A stretch of DNA of 64,000 bases from an uncultured Alphaproteobacteria bacterium (GTDB taxonomy: Bacteria > Pseudomonadota > Alphaproteobacteria > RF32 > CAG-239), in assembly GCA_944393685.1 (NCBI GenBank), contig CALYAW010000001.1:36023-100022 (forward strand), read 5' to 3'. The position numbers were made by a program, and so were the translations under genes. Shown piece after piece: positions 26,989 through 39,258 of this stretch (positions are counted from its first letter, which is position 1; the number at the start of each line of letters is the position of its first letter). The notes under the pieces are model-generated. The model was not told the DNA's origin, ran no database searches, and saw only the letters and a program-made list of their open reading frames with translations.

Positions 26989-27861
26989 TTACTTCAAACG
27001 ATCAAACAACAACAATGCAGCCCCCAACATTCCCGCATTATTTTCAAATTTAGCCTGCTTAAGGGTAAACGGCTGGGTTAGAATATCATCATTTGCCTGC
27101 CGATTAAGTTTATCATATTCAACAAACTGAGCCATGGAGCCGGAAAGAACAATTATTTCCGGATCAAAAATATTCCCCATCAAGACTAACGTATTTTCGA
27201 GATGTGATTGCCAATGATCAAACGCTTCTTTGGCTTTTTCATCACCATTTTTTAACCCGCGAATAACATCGTAGCTTGTCATATCTTGTCCCATATAAAG
27301 TTTTGCATCCGCGGTTAAAGCGGTTCCTGATACATAAGTTTCTAAACAATCCCACAACCCACAGGTACATTTCCGATTATGCCTATCATCAAAGCGCACA
27401 TGCATCTCTCCGGCTGCTCCTGATTTTCCTTTAAGAAGTTTGCCATCAACAATAATTCCCGAACCGACGCCGGTCCCGAGAGTTAACACCACTGCATGTT
27501 TTGAGCCTTTTGCCGCTCCCGATTTATATTCTGCCCAAGCAGCTGAATTCGCATCATTTTCCAACAGGACCGGCTTATCCGTCAAAGCCATAAAATCAAG
27601 CTGATTATATCCTTCGGGCAAATTTCCGACGTGGCTTATAATTTTTGTGTTTTCATTATTAACAGCACCTGCTGTCGCAATAGAAACCCCATCCACTTCT
27701 GCTTCCAAACCTTTTACCACGGTCTTAAAAAAATCATAAATTCCTTCAGCCGTTTTAGGGGTTGTAACTTTCACCACATCATTCACAAAATTACCATTTT
27801 CATCAATAATCGCATAGGCGATTTTAGTCCCACCGATATCAAAAGCCAAAACTTTTTTCAT
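26989..27861 (-). CDS. ROK-family sugar kinase (glucokinase/N-acetylglucosamine kinase-like)
   Basis: 290 aa. N-terminal VLAFDIGGTKIAYAI. ROK zinc motif region HxCxCGxxGCxE-like (HNRKCTCGLWDCLE). Confidence 0.75.
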   Translation of the reverse strand: MKKVLAFDIGGTKIAYAIIDENGNFVNDVVKVTTPKTAEGIYDFFKTVVKGLEAEVDGVSIATAGAVNNENTKIISHVGNLPEGYNQLDFMALTDKPVLLENDANSAAWAEYKSGAAKGSKHAVVLTLGTGVGSGIIVDGKLLKGKSGAAGEMHVRFDDRHNRKCTCGLWDCLETYVSGTALTADAKLYMGQDMTSYDVIRGLKNGDEKAKEAFDHWQSHLENTLVLMGNIFDPEIIVLSGSMAQFVEYDKLNRQANDDILTQPFTLKQAKFENNAGMLGAALLLFDRLK

Positions 27862-27995
27862 ATGTCCGATTCCTTCTCAAATAAAGATACTATGATTTAT
27901 AGTTATATCTTCTCAATTACTTAAAAAAGGTTAGGATTATTAATTTATTAATCAAAATAATTTAATATCATCCCAAGCAACCAAAGGAGAGATTA

Positions 27996-28658
27996 ATGTT
28001 TTATATTTTATTTGCTTTTACATATGGTCTTTTCATCCCGTACATGGCTCGTCGATTTGCAAAATTTATGCCTGCCTCATTTGCCTATGCCATATTCCAA
28101 ATCTTCAAACCGTCTGCCAATGCCAAACAACTGATAAAATCTCCTTTATACAAGACTTATTTATGGCGCTCACTGATGAGTGGAATAATCTCTGCATCTC
28201 TCAGCTATGCATTCATACAACACTTTGGTTACGAAAATATCGGATGGAAATTGGCTTTTCTTTTTCTTCTTCTGCTTCTTGCCGAAATTGATTGGCGAAT
28301 GTACTTACTGCCCGATATTTTGACTGTTCCTTTACTTATATTGGGTTTTTTTGCCAGCAGTTGGAATTTCGGTTTTACGATTGCGGCCGACAGCGCACTT
28401 GGCGCAGCAGCCGGATATTTTATCCCCTCTCTTGCAGCTTTATTTTTGGTCTGGAAGAACCGAGACGCGTTTGGAGGCGGAGACATCAAACTGTTGGCTG
28501 CCGTTGGTTCTTGGCTAGGGATTGAATGCCTGCTGTATAGTATTCTTTTAGCGTCTATCTCGCAGTTGTTTATCTCTTTTATAAAGAAGCAAAAATCAAG
28601 TCCTTTCGGACCTGCAATTGCATTTTCGGCAATTATTATTGCAATCTGTTTTTTTTGA
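27996..28658 (+). CDS. Prepilin peptidase (A24 family, CpaA/TadV-like)
   Basis: 220 aa polytopic membrane protein. LAEIDWRMYLLPDILT and GGGDIKLLAAVGSW aspartyl-protease motifs. Confidence 0.7.
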   Translation: MFYILFAFTYGLFIPYMARRFAKFMPASFAYAIFQIFKPSANAKQLIKSPLYKTYLWRSLMSGIISASLSYAFIQHFGYENIGWKLAFLFLLLLLAEIDWRMYLLPDILTVPLLILGFFASSWNFGFTIAADSALGAAAGYFIPSLAALFLVWKNRDAFGGGDIKLLAAVGSWLGIECLLYSILLASISQLFISFIKKQKSSPFGPAIAFSAIIIAICFF

Positions 28659-28697
28659 GCTAAAATGTCCTAAACTTTTCAAAAAAGGAACAAAGCT

Positions 28698-29465
28698 ATG
28701 GTCACAAAATCTAAAACCAAACCCGAGCCCCAATCATCCAAGCTCAAAAAGCTGACAAAAAACATCCGCAGCAAATTGTACTACAAAGATGACCAAAGAC
28801 GTTTAGCCAAATTGGTCTCCGGTTTCAATTTTGATATTTTCATCATGAGCATTATTTTGCTAGATGCCGTTATCATCGGATTTTTAGCCTCTGGTACGAT
28901 GGGATTTTATTTCTCAAACGGACTATTTTTGCTTGACCGTTTATTTATGGGCATATTTATTGTTGAAATGTTCCTCAAAATTTATGCTCTTAAAAAGAAT
29001 TTTTTCACCTCGGGATGGAATATTTTTGATTTAATCATCGTTGCCATATCCTCTGTCCCGGCAACAAGTGCTTTCATCGTTTTACGAACATTCCGTCTGT
29101 TCAGACTACTCAAATACATTCATAAATTTTCACGCATGTACGACATTGTTGATGTCTTTATTGCCTTATTACCGACTTTTGCGGCTTTTTTAGGCATTTT
29201 TGCAGTCTTTTTCTATGTTTTTGCAATTATTGCCATGAGTTTATATGGGGATGTTTTCGGCAGTTTTGCCAACCTAGGCTCATCAATGTTCACATTATTG
29301 CAGGTCTTTACGCTTGACGGCTGGGCATCGGCCATTGCACGTCCTGTCATGCTTGTTTTTCCACATGCCTGGCTGTTTTTTGGCATCGTTGTAGTATTTT
29401 CATTTTTACTACTCGTCAGCTTTGTTACAAGCGCCATACTTCAAATTATGGACATGAGAAAATAG
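28698..29465 (+). CDS. Voltage-gated ion channel family protein (NaChBac-like ion transporter)
   Basis: 255 aa. S4-like FRLFRLLKYIHK, pore/selectivity-like FTLDGWAS, 6-TM layout. Confidence 0.6.
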   Translation: MVTKSKTKPEPQSSKLKKLTKNIRSKLYYKDDQRRLAKLVSGFNFDIFIMSIILLDAVIIGFLASGTMGFYFSNGLFLLDRLFMGIFIVEMFLKIYALKKNFFTSGWNIFDLIIVAISSVPATSAFIVLRTFRLFRLLKYIHKFSRMYDIVDVFIALLPTFAAFLGIFAVFFYVFAIIAMSLYGDVFGSFANLGSSMFTLLQVFTLDGWASAIARPVMLVFPHAWLFFGIVVVFSFLLLVSFVTSAILQIMDMRK

Positions 29466-29475
29466 CATTATTTTC

Positions 29476-29508
29476 AAAGAGCTCTCGTTTGAGAGCTCTT
29501 TTTTTTTG
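29476..29508 (+). terminator. Rho-independent terminator
   Basis: AAAGAGCTCTC-GTTT-GAGAGCTCTTT followed by T7. Confidence 0.75.
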
Positions 29509-29613
29509 CAAAAATATAACAAAAAATACACACATCAACTTGACATCGCAATTTTGAATAACTAACTAAGCAAATAGATAAAAATACTATAACCAAATGG
29601 AGTTAAAAAAGAG

Positions 29614-31562
<1,949 letters not shown>

Positions 31563-31580
31563 AAAGCTCACAGGTCACAA

Positions 31581-31612
31581 AAAAACCTCTGCTAAAAACG
31601 GAGGTTTTTTTA
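31581..31612 (+). terminator. Rho-independent terminator after groEL
   Basis: AACCTC-TGCTAAAAACG-GAGGTT followed by T7. Confidence 0.65.
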
Positions 31613-31671
31613 TGCTTGGAAAATTATAAAAAACATTTATATTTAGAATCAAGCCAATCAGGAGACAGACC

Positions 31672-32158
31672 AATGCTGGATGCCGACAAACTCAAACAAC
31701 TAAAAGACAACGGACACATTACAGAAGAAGAATATATTGACGAGAAAAAAAGATTAGCCGCTCAGCTTCTCAAACGAGAAGATCCGTCTCATGCCAAGAA
31801 TGGTATAATATACATACTGCTAGGGTGGTTTTTTGGAACAATAGGACTACATAATTTTTACGCCGGTTATTGGGGAAGGGCATTGGTCCAACTTACTTTA
31901 ACCATAATTTCACCTTGGTTTTTGTATATTCCTATGCTCATTACTGCAACTTGGGCTTTCGGGGAAATTTTATTTATCAGGAACGGCGCTCACCATATCC
32001 CTTTCAGCGGAAACCGTAAAATAATCCTTCTCCTCAAAATTATGGCTGTAATTATTTTTGTCATTCTTCTAATGCGTAATCGTCTAATAACGCAAGAGGT
32101 CATCATAAACGATACCTCAACAAATATTGAGGAAATCTCCTCTAACTTCATAGAATAA
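31672..32158 (+). CDS. SHOCT-like / TM2-domain membrane protein
   Basis: About 162 aa from ATG 31672 (RBS AGGAGAC). N-terminal short C-terminal-domain-like KLKQLKDNGHITEEEYIDEKKRL then TM2-type helices (GWFFGTIGLHNFYAGYW). Confidence 0.5.
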
Positions 32159-32232
32159 TAAAAAGCAAAAAAAACAAAAAAAGTACTTGCAATTTTTTTT
32201 GACTATGTTATTAAGTATCTCGTTCTACAAAT

Positions 32233-32307
32233 GCGGGCGTAGCTCAGGGGTAGAGCGCAACCTTGCCAAGGTTGATGTCGAGGGTCCGAATCCCTTCGCC
32301 CGCTCCA
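32233..32307 (+). tRNA. tRNA-Gly (anticodon GCC), encoded CCA
   Basis: GCGGGCGTAGCTCAGGGGTAGAGCGCAACCTTGCCAAGGTTGATGTCGAGGGTCCGAATCCCTTCGCCCGCTCCA. Acceptor stem GCGGGCG/CGCCCGC, anticodon loop CT-GCC-AA. Confidence 0.9.
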
Positions 32308-32316
32308 TCAATATCA

Positions 32317-32345
32317 AAACGACCTATGTGGTCGTTTTTGTGTTT
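32317..32345 (+). terminator. Rho-independent terminator after tRNA-Gly
   Basis: AAACGACC-TATGT-GGTCGTTT followed by TTTGTGTTTT. Confidence 0.7.
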
Positions 32346-32461
32346 TAAATTATCCGAAATATTCGCCAAGAACAAATAATTTTCAAGAATAACATTTCTT
32401 TAAATTTATAGACATTTATAAAGCATTTGCTATAATAAGATGTCATTAAAGAGAAAAAGAT

Positions 32462-32836
32462 ATGAAGTATCAAATCACTATACATGAATTTTCTTTTAAC
32501 AAGATAAAAAGCGGTTCACGCAAAATCGGCGTTCACCTATTTGACAAAAAAGCACAACAAGTCAAAATTCACGATACTTTAGAAATGCAAAACGCATCCA
32601 CCGGAGAAAGAATTGAGTGTGAAGTGACCGGTATAGCCATTTTTGATAATTTCAGCGATTTAATAGATGCTCTGGGAGCACATACTTTAGGCTACGACAA
32701 TAAAGAAGAAGTTATGATTCGTCTAAATCGTATTTTTCCTCAAGAAGCACAACAATCTCTTAATGCTGTGGGATTTTTTCTAAAACTTCTCATTGACCAT
32801 CGAAAAGCCAATCACCGCCCTGAAATTGAAAGATAA
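32462..32836 (+). CDS. ASCH (PUA-like) domain protein
   Basis: 124 aa. N-terminal YQITIHEFSFNKIKSGSRKIGVHLFDKKAQQVKIHDTL resembles ASCH-domain beta-barrel proteins. Confidence 0.45.
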   Translation: MKYQITIHEFSFNKIKSGSRKIGVHLFDKKAQQVKIHDTLEMQNASTGERIECEVTGIAIFDNFSDLIDALGAHTLGYDNKEEVMIRLNRIFPQEAQQSLNAVGFFLKLLIDHRKANHRPEIER

Positions 32837-32840
32837 TAGC

Positions 32841-32873
32841 AAAGAGCCCTTTGTTATAAAGGGCTCTTTTTAA
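32841..32873. terminator. Bidirectional terminator between ASCH gene and htpG
   Basis: AAAGAGCCCTTT-GTTAT-AAAGGGCTCTTT, A-run and T-run on either side. Confidence 0.75.
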
Positions 32874-32878
32874 TAAGA

Positions 32879-34714
32879 CTAAATCGCTTTCAAAATATAT
32901 TCGCTAAGTTTCTCATTAAACTGCGATGGATTGGATACGGGCTCTCCCTCAGCAATTTTAGCCTCATCAAGTAATAATTTTGAAATATCTTCAACCACAT
33001 TTTTTTGAGCCTCATCCAAGCTCAACTCAGCCAATTTGATAATCAATGGATGATAAGGATTAATTTCCAAGATTCTGGTGCTGGCAAAAGCTGTTTGTTG
33101 TTGATGAGTCCGCATTAATCTCTCCAAATGCAAACTCATTTGACCATCTTCAACTTTCAAACTTACGGGAGACTTTGTAAGTTTCTCAGTTGTAACCACT
33201 TTTCCGACCTCAGCCTTAAACCAATCAGTCATAAATTCCATCAGCTTATTAAGGCTTCCTTCATCGGCTTTAAGCTCAGTGCGTTCAAAACTCATATCGT
33301 CTGCCAGAGCAATATGTTTGACAACAAATCCTTTATAATTAGGCAACACTTGAGGCCAAAACTCATCAATCGGATCATTCATTAACAAAACTTCAATTCC
33401 TTTTTCGGCAAATGCCTCAAGTTGAGGATTATTGCGCAACACCTCAATATTGTCACCGGTAATATAATAAATAGTTTTTTGCCCCTCTTTGGCTCGAGCA
33501 ATATATTCATCCAAACTTGTCAATTTATCTTTGTCATTGGTAGAGTAAAAATAGCTCAAAGCGGCGATTTCTTCCCGATTGGAAAAATCTTCATATATTC
33601 CCTCTTTTAAAACAATACCGAAGTTTTTCCAAAAAAGAATATAATCATCATAATTTTTCATACGTTTTTTGAGCTCTTTTAATAAGCGCGACACGGTTCC
33701 ATGTTTAATTTTTTCTATCAAGGCGCTGTGTTGCAGCATCTCACGAGAAATATTCAATTGCAAATCCGCTGAATCGATAACCCCTTTTACGAAACGTAGA
33801 TAATTGGGCATCAGTTCTTCTACTTTGTCACTGATAAATACTTTGTTCACATAGAGTTTCAATCCGTTTTTTTTGTCTGGCTGAAACAAATCATACGGCG
33901 CTGCCGAAGGAACATACAACAGACCAGTATACTCAATATTTCCTTCAGCTTTAAAATGTAAAGTAAGCCACGGATCATCAAAATTTTTAGAAACATGATG
34001 ATAGAAATCTTTGTATTGTTCTTCTGTAATTTCTGATTTATGACGTGTCCACAAAGCCGAAGCTGTATTCACGGTTTCTTCACCGGCATCGCCTAACTCT
34101 AGAACAATAGGATATTCGACATGATCAGAATAAGTCCTGATAATATGGCGTAAATAAATTGTATCTGTATAGTTTTTATCATCTTTCTTCAAAAATAATT
34201 TAATATCGGTTCCGTTAACATCTTTTTGCGTCTCACTTATTTCAAAACCATCACAGCCGTCAGAAACCCATTTCCAAGCCTGTTCCTCGCCTGCTCGTCG
34301 AGTAATTATCTCAACTTTTTCAGCCACCATAAAAGCGGAATAGAAACCGACACCGAACTGCCCAATCAAATCACATATACTACCGTTATCAGCCGCATTT
34401 TTAACAAATTCTGCAGTTCCGGACTTTGCAATTGTACCCAGATGTTTGATTAAGTCATCCTTATTCATGCCAATACCATTGTCAGATATGGTCAAAGTAT
34501 TTGCTTTGGCATTTGCCAGTATCTTAATTTTGAGCTGTCCGGAATCTTTAGCAAGACCGGGATTTGTCAAAGCCAAATATTTGAGTTTATCGCAAGCATC
34601 CGAAGCGTTGGAAATCAATTCACGCAAAAAAATCTGTTTTTCCGAATAAAGGGAATTTACAACAATATCAAGCATTTTACTAACATCTGCTTGAAAAGAC
34701 ATTTTATCAGACAT
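32879..34714 (-). CDS. htpG: Molecular chaperone HtpG (Hsp90)
   Basis: MSDKMSFQADVSKMLDIVVNSLYSEKQIFLRELISNASDA. Start chosen at second ATG (34714) with GGAG RBS. The track ORF extends to 34735. Confidence 0.9.
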   Translation of the reverse strand: MSDKMSFQADVSKMLDIVVNSLYSEKQIFLRELISNASDACDKLKYLALTNPGLAKDSGQLKIKILANAKANTLTISDNGIGMNKDDLIKHLGTIAKSGTAEFVKNAADNGSICDLIGQFGVGFYSAFMVAEKVEIITRRAGEEQAWKWVSDGCDGFEISETQKDVNGTDIKLFLKKDDKNYTDTIYLRHIIRTYSDHVEYPIVLELGDAGEETVNTASALWTRHKSEITEEQYKDFYHHVSKNFDDPWLTLHFKAEGNIEYTGLLYVPSAAPYDLFQPDKKNGLKLYVNKVFISDKVEELMPNYLRFVKGVIDSADLQLNISREMLQHSALIEKIKHGTVSRLLKELKKRMKNYDDYILFWKNFGIVLKEGIYEDFSNREEIAALSYFYSTNDKDKLTSLDEYIARAKEGQKTIYYITGDNIEVLRNNPQLEAFAEKGIEVLLMNDPIDEFWPQVLPNYKGFVVKHIALADDMSFERTELKADEGSLNKLMEFMTDWFKAEVGKVVTTEKLTKSPVSLKVEDGQMSLHLERLMRTHQQQTAFASTRILEINPYHPLIIKLAELSLDEAQKNVVEDISKLLLDEAKIAEGEPVSNPSQFNEKLSEYILKAI

Positions 34715-34854
34715 GTTATTTCTCCGTTTTTGCATTTTTATTACTGCTTATTTAGAGATTCTTTTGCTCTTTTGCAAGATTATGCTTGATTTATTTAATA
34801 ATCGGTCTAAATTAAAGGAGATTTTTTGTTAACAAAATATATGGAGTAATAAAT

Positions 34855-35094
34855 ATGGCCTCTGTTGTTAATGACGCTTGCGTAAAATGCAAATCTTGCG
34901 CTGATGTATGCCCGGTTGATGCTTTCCATGAAGGCGAAACCATGTTGGTTATTGATCCAGATACATGCATTGAATGCGGTGTTTGCATTTCTGAATGCCC
35001 GCAAGAAGCTATCACCACAGAAGATGAAGCTGATGAAAAATGGATCAAATTCAACGCTGAGAACGCCAAAAACTGGCCTAATGCAAACGAATAA
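34855..35094 (+). CDS. fdxA: Ferredoxin with two Cys clusters (FdxA-like 7Fe/8Fe)
   Basis: 79 aa. [16 protein letters not shown] and [16 protein letters not shown] cluster motifs. Confidence 0.8.
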   Translation: MASVVNDACVKCKSCADVCPVDAFHEGETMLVIDPDTCIECGVCISECPQEAITTEDEADEKWIKFNAENAKNWPNANE

Positions 35095-35113
35095 GTTTCC
35101 ATTATCCGATACC

Positions 35114-35143
35114 AAGGCCTCTTTGATAAGAGGCCTTTTTTTA
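35114..35143 (+). terminator. Rho-independent terminator after ferredoxin gene
   Basis: AAGGCCTCTT-TGAT-AAGAGGCCTT followed by T6. Confidence 0.75.
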
Positions 35144-35216
35144 TGATTGAACTTATTTTTTTTATGAATTAGATTGTACAAGACAAATAGAGCTCCAACA
35201 AATCAAGGAACAAAAA

Positions 35217-36245
35217 ATGATAAACAAAACGGAAACCACGTATTATGATGTAGTTGGCATCGGCAACGCCATTGTTGATGTATTGGCAAAAGTGGGGGAA
35301 GGATTTTTAAAAGAACGCAACTTATCCAAAGGCTGTATGACCTTACTTAATGCAGCCGACGCCGGCAAGATATACGCCGATTTGGTACCCGAACGAGAAG
35401 TTCCAGGCGGTTCTGCAGCCAACACTGTAGCCGGTCTCGCCTCACTAGGGGGAGCGCCCGCTTTCATAGGAAAGATACACGATGACGAGCTCGGACAAGA
35501 GTTCACCCGAGATATTGGCGCGGCAGGAGTTGACTTTTTCACCCCCCCGCTTGAAGAAGGGCCTGTTACCGGTCGAAGCATTGTTTTAGTAACACCGGAC
35601 GCTCAACGCTCTATGTTTACATACCTTGGAGCAGCCACCCATTTAACAGAAAATGATATAGATGAAAATGTTATTAAAGCGGGCAAAATAACCTACATTG
35701 AAGGTTACCTCTGGGATGTGGAAAATTGTCGCAACGCATTGATAAAAGCATGCAAAATCGCGCATAAATACGGCCGTAAAATAGCATTTACACTCTCTGA
35801 TACTACCTGCATTGAACGCAACAGAGATAATATTCTTGATTTTATCACCGAAGATGTAGATATTCTTTTTGCCAACGAAGATGAAATCAAGGCACTTTTT
35901 TGTGAAACAGATTTTTATGAAAGCTTGGATAAGATTAAGCCCTTGGTAGAAATTGCAGCCATTACCCGTGGCCAGAAGGGATCAGTTGTTGTTAACGGAC
36001 GGACCAAGACCTTTGTCGAAGCAGAAAAAGTTCCTGACGAAGATGTAGTAGACACGACTGGTGCCGGAGACTTATACGCGGCGGGCTTTCTTTATGGCAT
36101 GACGCAAGAGCGTAGCCTCGGTACATGCGCCATGATTGGCTCTATTGCTGCCGCAGAAATCATTACACACTACGGTGCCAGACCGGAAGTCAGCCTAAGG
36201 GGTTTTGTTCGTAACAAACTTCTTTCATATGGCAAAAAGGCATAG
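35217..36245 (+). CDS. PfkB-family carbohydrate/nucleoside kinase (adenosine kinase-like)
   Basis: 342 aa. C-terminal DTTGAGDLYAAGFLYG ribokinase-family motif. N-terminal GIGNAIVDV. Confidence 0.75.
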   Translation: MINKTETTYYDVVGIGNAIVDVLAKVGEGFLKERNLSKGCMTLLNAADAGKIYADLVPEREVPGGSAANTVAGLASLGGAPAFIGKIHDDELGQEFTRDIGAAGVDFFTPPLEEGPVTGRSIVLVTPDAQRSMFTYLGAATHLTENDIDENVIKAGKITYIEGYLWDVENCRNALIKACKIAHKYGRKIAFTLSDTTCIERNRDNILDFITEDVDILFANEDEIKALFCETDFYESLDKIKPLVEIAAITRGQKGSVVVNGRTKTFVEAEKVPDEDVVDTTGAGDLYAAGFLYGMTQERSLGTCAMIGSIAAAEIITHYGARPEVSLRGFVRNKLLSYGKKA

Positions 36246-36246
36246 C

Positions 36247-36282
36247 AAAAAGGAGTTCTTTTAAAAAGAACTCCTTTTCTTT
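36247..36282. terminator. Bidirectional terminator hairpin
   Basis: AAAAGGAGTTCTTTTTAAAAAGAACTCCTTTT palindrome between convergent genes. Confidence 0.7.
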
Positions 36283-36293
36283 CATAAAAATTT

Positions 36294-36611
36294 CTAATGT
36301 CGGTAACGACGAAAATATCGACATCGACGGATTGCGTGCACGATCTTAAAAATCGCCTCCTTTATAAACCATGAGGCAAAGAAGAAAATAATCGCCCAAA
36401 TGACCATAAATTCAAACGGCAATCCTTCGCCCCAATTTACGATACCGGCGCATACAAGTCCCCACACCCATATCATGTAAAAGACTCTCTGCTTAATTTT
36501 TTGAAGAGATTCTCCGCGATGCCATGACGTTTTTTGTCCAACATAGCCCAAAAAACAAACCAACCCCAGCAGATAAATCAAACCGGCAACCAACAAATGT
36601 AAATTTTCCAT
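36294..36611 (-). CDS. Small integral membrane protein
   Basis: 105 aa, three hydrophobic helices, basic C-terminal tail. Confidence 0.4.
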   Translation of the reverse strand: MENLHLLVAGLIYLLGLVCFLGYVGQKTSWHRGESLQKIKQRVFYMIWVWGLVCAGIVNWGEGLPFEFMVIWAIIFFFASWFIKEAIFKIVHAIRRCRYFRRYRH

Positions 36612-36899
36612 AATCTAATAAGTTTTAAATAAATACCGAAAGATAGAAACATTATAAATAAATTTCATCCGAAAGCAAACATTTTTGTCCAAATTTCAAA
36701 AAAAGATATTTTTTTTGAACTAAATTATTGAAATTTAAATTCAAAAGAGTATTGTAAGGCGAATTTACAACATAAAAATATTTCAAAGCACGATGTTTTC
36801 CATTTTATATAACATCCGTGCTGAATATAGGTCTGTAAAACAAGCAGAACAAGCAAGACAACACAAACCTGCTGTAAGACCCTTAAAGGAATAATAGAC

Positions 36900-38717
36900 A
36901 TGAATATGAGAAACATTGCCATAATAGCACACGTTGACCACGGCAAAACAACCTTGGTTGATGGTCTCTTAAAACAAAGCGGAACTTTTCGTGACAACCA
37001 AAAAGTTGAAAACTGCGTAATGGACAGCAACGATTTGGAAAGAGAACGCGGAATTACAATTCTTTCAAAATGCACCTCTGTGAACTGGAAGGGAACACAC
37101 ATCAACATTGTTGACACCCCGGGTCACGCTGATTTTGGAGGTGAAGTAGAACGAATTTTATCAATGGTAGACGGCGTTGTCTTATTGGTCGATTCTTCAG
37201 AAGGCCCCATGCCTCAAACCAAATTTGTTTTGGGAAAAGCGCTCAAACTTGGTCTTTGCCCGATTGTTGTTATCAACAAGGCAGACAAAGCCGATGCGCG
37301 TTGCGACGAGGTTTTGAACGAAATTTTCGATTTGTTTGTCAGCTTAGATGCCAACGACAAACAACTTGATTTCCCAGTTCTTTACGCATCGGGACGCAAT
37401 GGCTGGGCAGTAAAAGAACTTGAAGATGAGAAAAAAGATTTAAGCCCGTTATTTGAACTAATCTTATCTTATGTTCCGGAACCGGCCTGTGAACCAGACA
37501 AACCATTCTCAATGCTAGCCACCACCCTGGAAGCAGACAAATTTATCGGCCGTTTGCTCACGGGAAAAATTCAATCCGGTACCTTGCATGTCAATGATAC
37601 CGTAAAAGTTCTAAACGGTGACAACAAAGAAGTTGAACGCGTTCGTATCAGTAAAATTTTAGCATACAGAGGCCTTAATCGAGAAGCTCTTGAAGAAGCC
37701 CACGCCGGAGATATTGTGGCTGTTGCAGGCGTTGTTAAGGGAACAGTAGCAGATACTCTATGCGCATTTGATATTAACGAAGCAATCCATGCTCAACCCA
37801 TTGATCCTCCGACACTCGCCATGACGTTTTCAATCAACGATTCTCCTTTGGCAGGACGCGAGGGAGATAAAGTAACCTCTCGTATGATATGGGATCGTCT
37901 GTGCAAAGAAGCCGAAGGTAATATTGCCTTAAAGATTTCGCGAACAGACACCTCGGATTCTTTTGAAGTTGCCGGTCGCGGAGAATTACAACTTGGTGTT
38001 CTAATTGAAACCATGCGCCGCGAAGGATTTGAACTTTCCATTTCCCGCCCGCGAGTTTTAATGAAACGAGATGAAAACAATCAGCTTCTGGAACCGATAG
38101 AAGAAGTTGTAGTTGATGTTGATGAGGAATATTCCGGTACCGTCGTCGAAAAAATGGGACAACGCCGAGCAGAAATGATTGAAATGATTCCCTCGCAAGT
38201 AGGAAACAAAGTCCGCCTGATTTTTAATGCCCCGTCAAGAGGCCTCATTGGATATCACTCAGAATTTCTGACAGACACACGCGGCACCGGTGTCATGAAC
38301 CGACTTTTTAAATGCTATGAACCCTACAAAGGAGAAATAGACAGCCGCCGTAACGGAGTTTTAATTTCCTCAGAAAGCGGCACGGCTATTGCTTATTCTT
38401 TATGGAAATTACAAGATCGAGGCCCAATGTTTATTGATCCCGGTGTTCCGGTTTATGTTGGCATGATTATCGGTGAACACACCAAACCCAATGATTTGGA
38501 AGTCAACCCCTGCAAAGCAAAACAGTTGACCAATATTCGTGCAGCAGGCAAAGACGAGGCGATTGATCTTGTACCGCCCCGTAAACTGACGCTTGAACAA
38601 GGATTGTCCTACATTCAAGAAGACGAGCTTTTAGAAGTAACCCCCAAAACATTACGTCTGCGCAAAAGGATTTTGGATCCTATCGCGCGACGTCGTCAAA
38701 AACCGGATGAAAAATAA
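36900..38717 (+). CDS. typA: Translational GTPase TypA/BipA
   Basis: 605 aa MRNIAIIAHVDHGKTTLVDGLL ... EF-G-like domains. Confidence 0.95.
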   Translation: MNMRNIAIIAHVDHGKTTLVDGLLKQSGTFRDNQKVENCVMDSNDLERERGITILSKCTSVNWKGTHINIVDTPGHADFGGEVERILSMVDGVVLLVDSSEGPMPQTKFVLGKALKLGLCPIVVINKADKADARCDEVLNEIFDLFVSLDANDKQLDFPVLYASGRNGWAVKELEDEKKDLSPLFELILSYVPEPACEPDKPFSMLATTLEADKFIGRLLTGKIQSGTLHVNDTVKVLNGDNKEVERVRISKILAYRGLNREALEEAHAGDIVAVAGVVKGTVADTLCAFDINEAIHAQPIDPPTLAMTFSINDSPLAGREGDKVTSRMIWDRLCKEAEGNIALKISRTDTSDSFEVAGRGELQLGVLIETMRREGFELSISRPRVLMKRDENNQLLEPIEEVVVDVDEEYSGTVVEKMGQRRAEMIEMIPSQVGNKVRLIFNAPSRGLIGYHSEFLTDTRGTGVMNRLFKCYEPYKGEIDSRRNGVLISSESGTAIAYSLWKLQDRGPMFIDPGVPVYVGMIIGEHTKPNDLEVNPCKAKQLTNIRAAGKDEAIDLVPPRKLTLEQGLSYIQEDELLEVTPKTLRLRKRILDPIARRRQKPDEK

Positions 38718-38762
38718 AAATGCAAAAATCCCGTGTTTACCAAACGAGATTTTTCATACATA

Positions 38763-38792
38763 AAAACTCCGGAAAAATTCCGGAGTTTTTAT
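38763..38792. terminator. Bidirectional terminator between typA and the convergent small gene
   Basis: AAAACTCCGG-AAAAATT-CCGGAGTTTT with flanking A/T runs. Confidence 0.75.
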
Positions 38793-38814
38793 TAATATTT
38801 ATGGAGAAGAAGTT

Positions 38815-39075
38815 CTATTTTGAAGCTTTGCCTCTTAACTGAGTACGAGCCATCTTTGCCACCTTTTGAGCGGCTTCAACATTTTCAACATTTTTGCCAA
38901 TGCGCCCTGCCGCTTTTCCATTGACATCTCTGGTTTTTCCGCCCGAAGTTAACGTTTTTGAATATTCTGCGCTCAATCCAAAAGAAAATCCCGGAACAGA
39001 AAAGAAAACAGATCCTTTTCCGCTGTGCTGAGTTTTGATATTATCTCCCTCAAATCTTTGTACAATCTCATTCAT
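38815..39075 (-). CDS. Small Gly/Lys-rich protein (possible KGG-type stress-induced protein)
   Basis: 86 aa. GKGS / SGGKT / GKAAG repeats reminiscent of YciG-like stress proteins. Low confidence. Confidence 0.35.
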   Translation of the reverse strand: MNEIVQRFEGDNIKTQHSGKGSVFFSVPGFSFGLSAEYSKTLTSGGKTRDVNGKAAGRIGKNVENVEAAQKVAKMARTQLRGKASK

Positions 39076-39258
39076 AGCAATTCTCCATAAATAAAACAGC
39101 TCTTCTTTTGTCTATTATCGCAAAAGCATCTTTTTTTGTCAACAGCAAAAATCATCTATTTCCGTAGATTTGTCAACAATTTTTACTTTCTTTATATAAA
39201 ATAATAATATACAATCCCTTAAAATCTACTTAATTATGCATTTAGGTCACAATTTATC

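Noticed and set aside
34715-34735. Upstream in-frame ATG extending HtpG by 7 aa (MQKRRNN)
   Set aside because: The second ATG has a GGAG RBS at proper spacing and gives the conserved HtpG N-terminus. The upstream ATG lacks an RBS.
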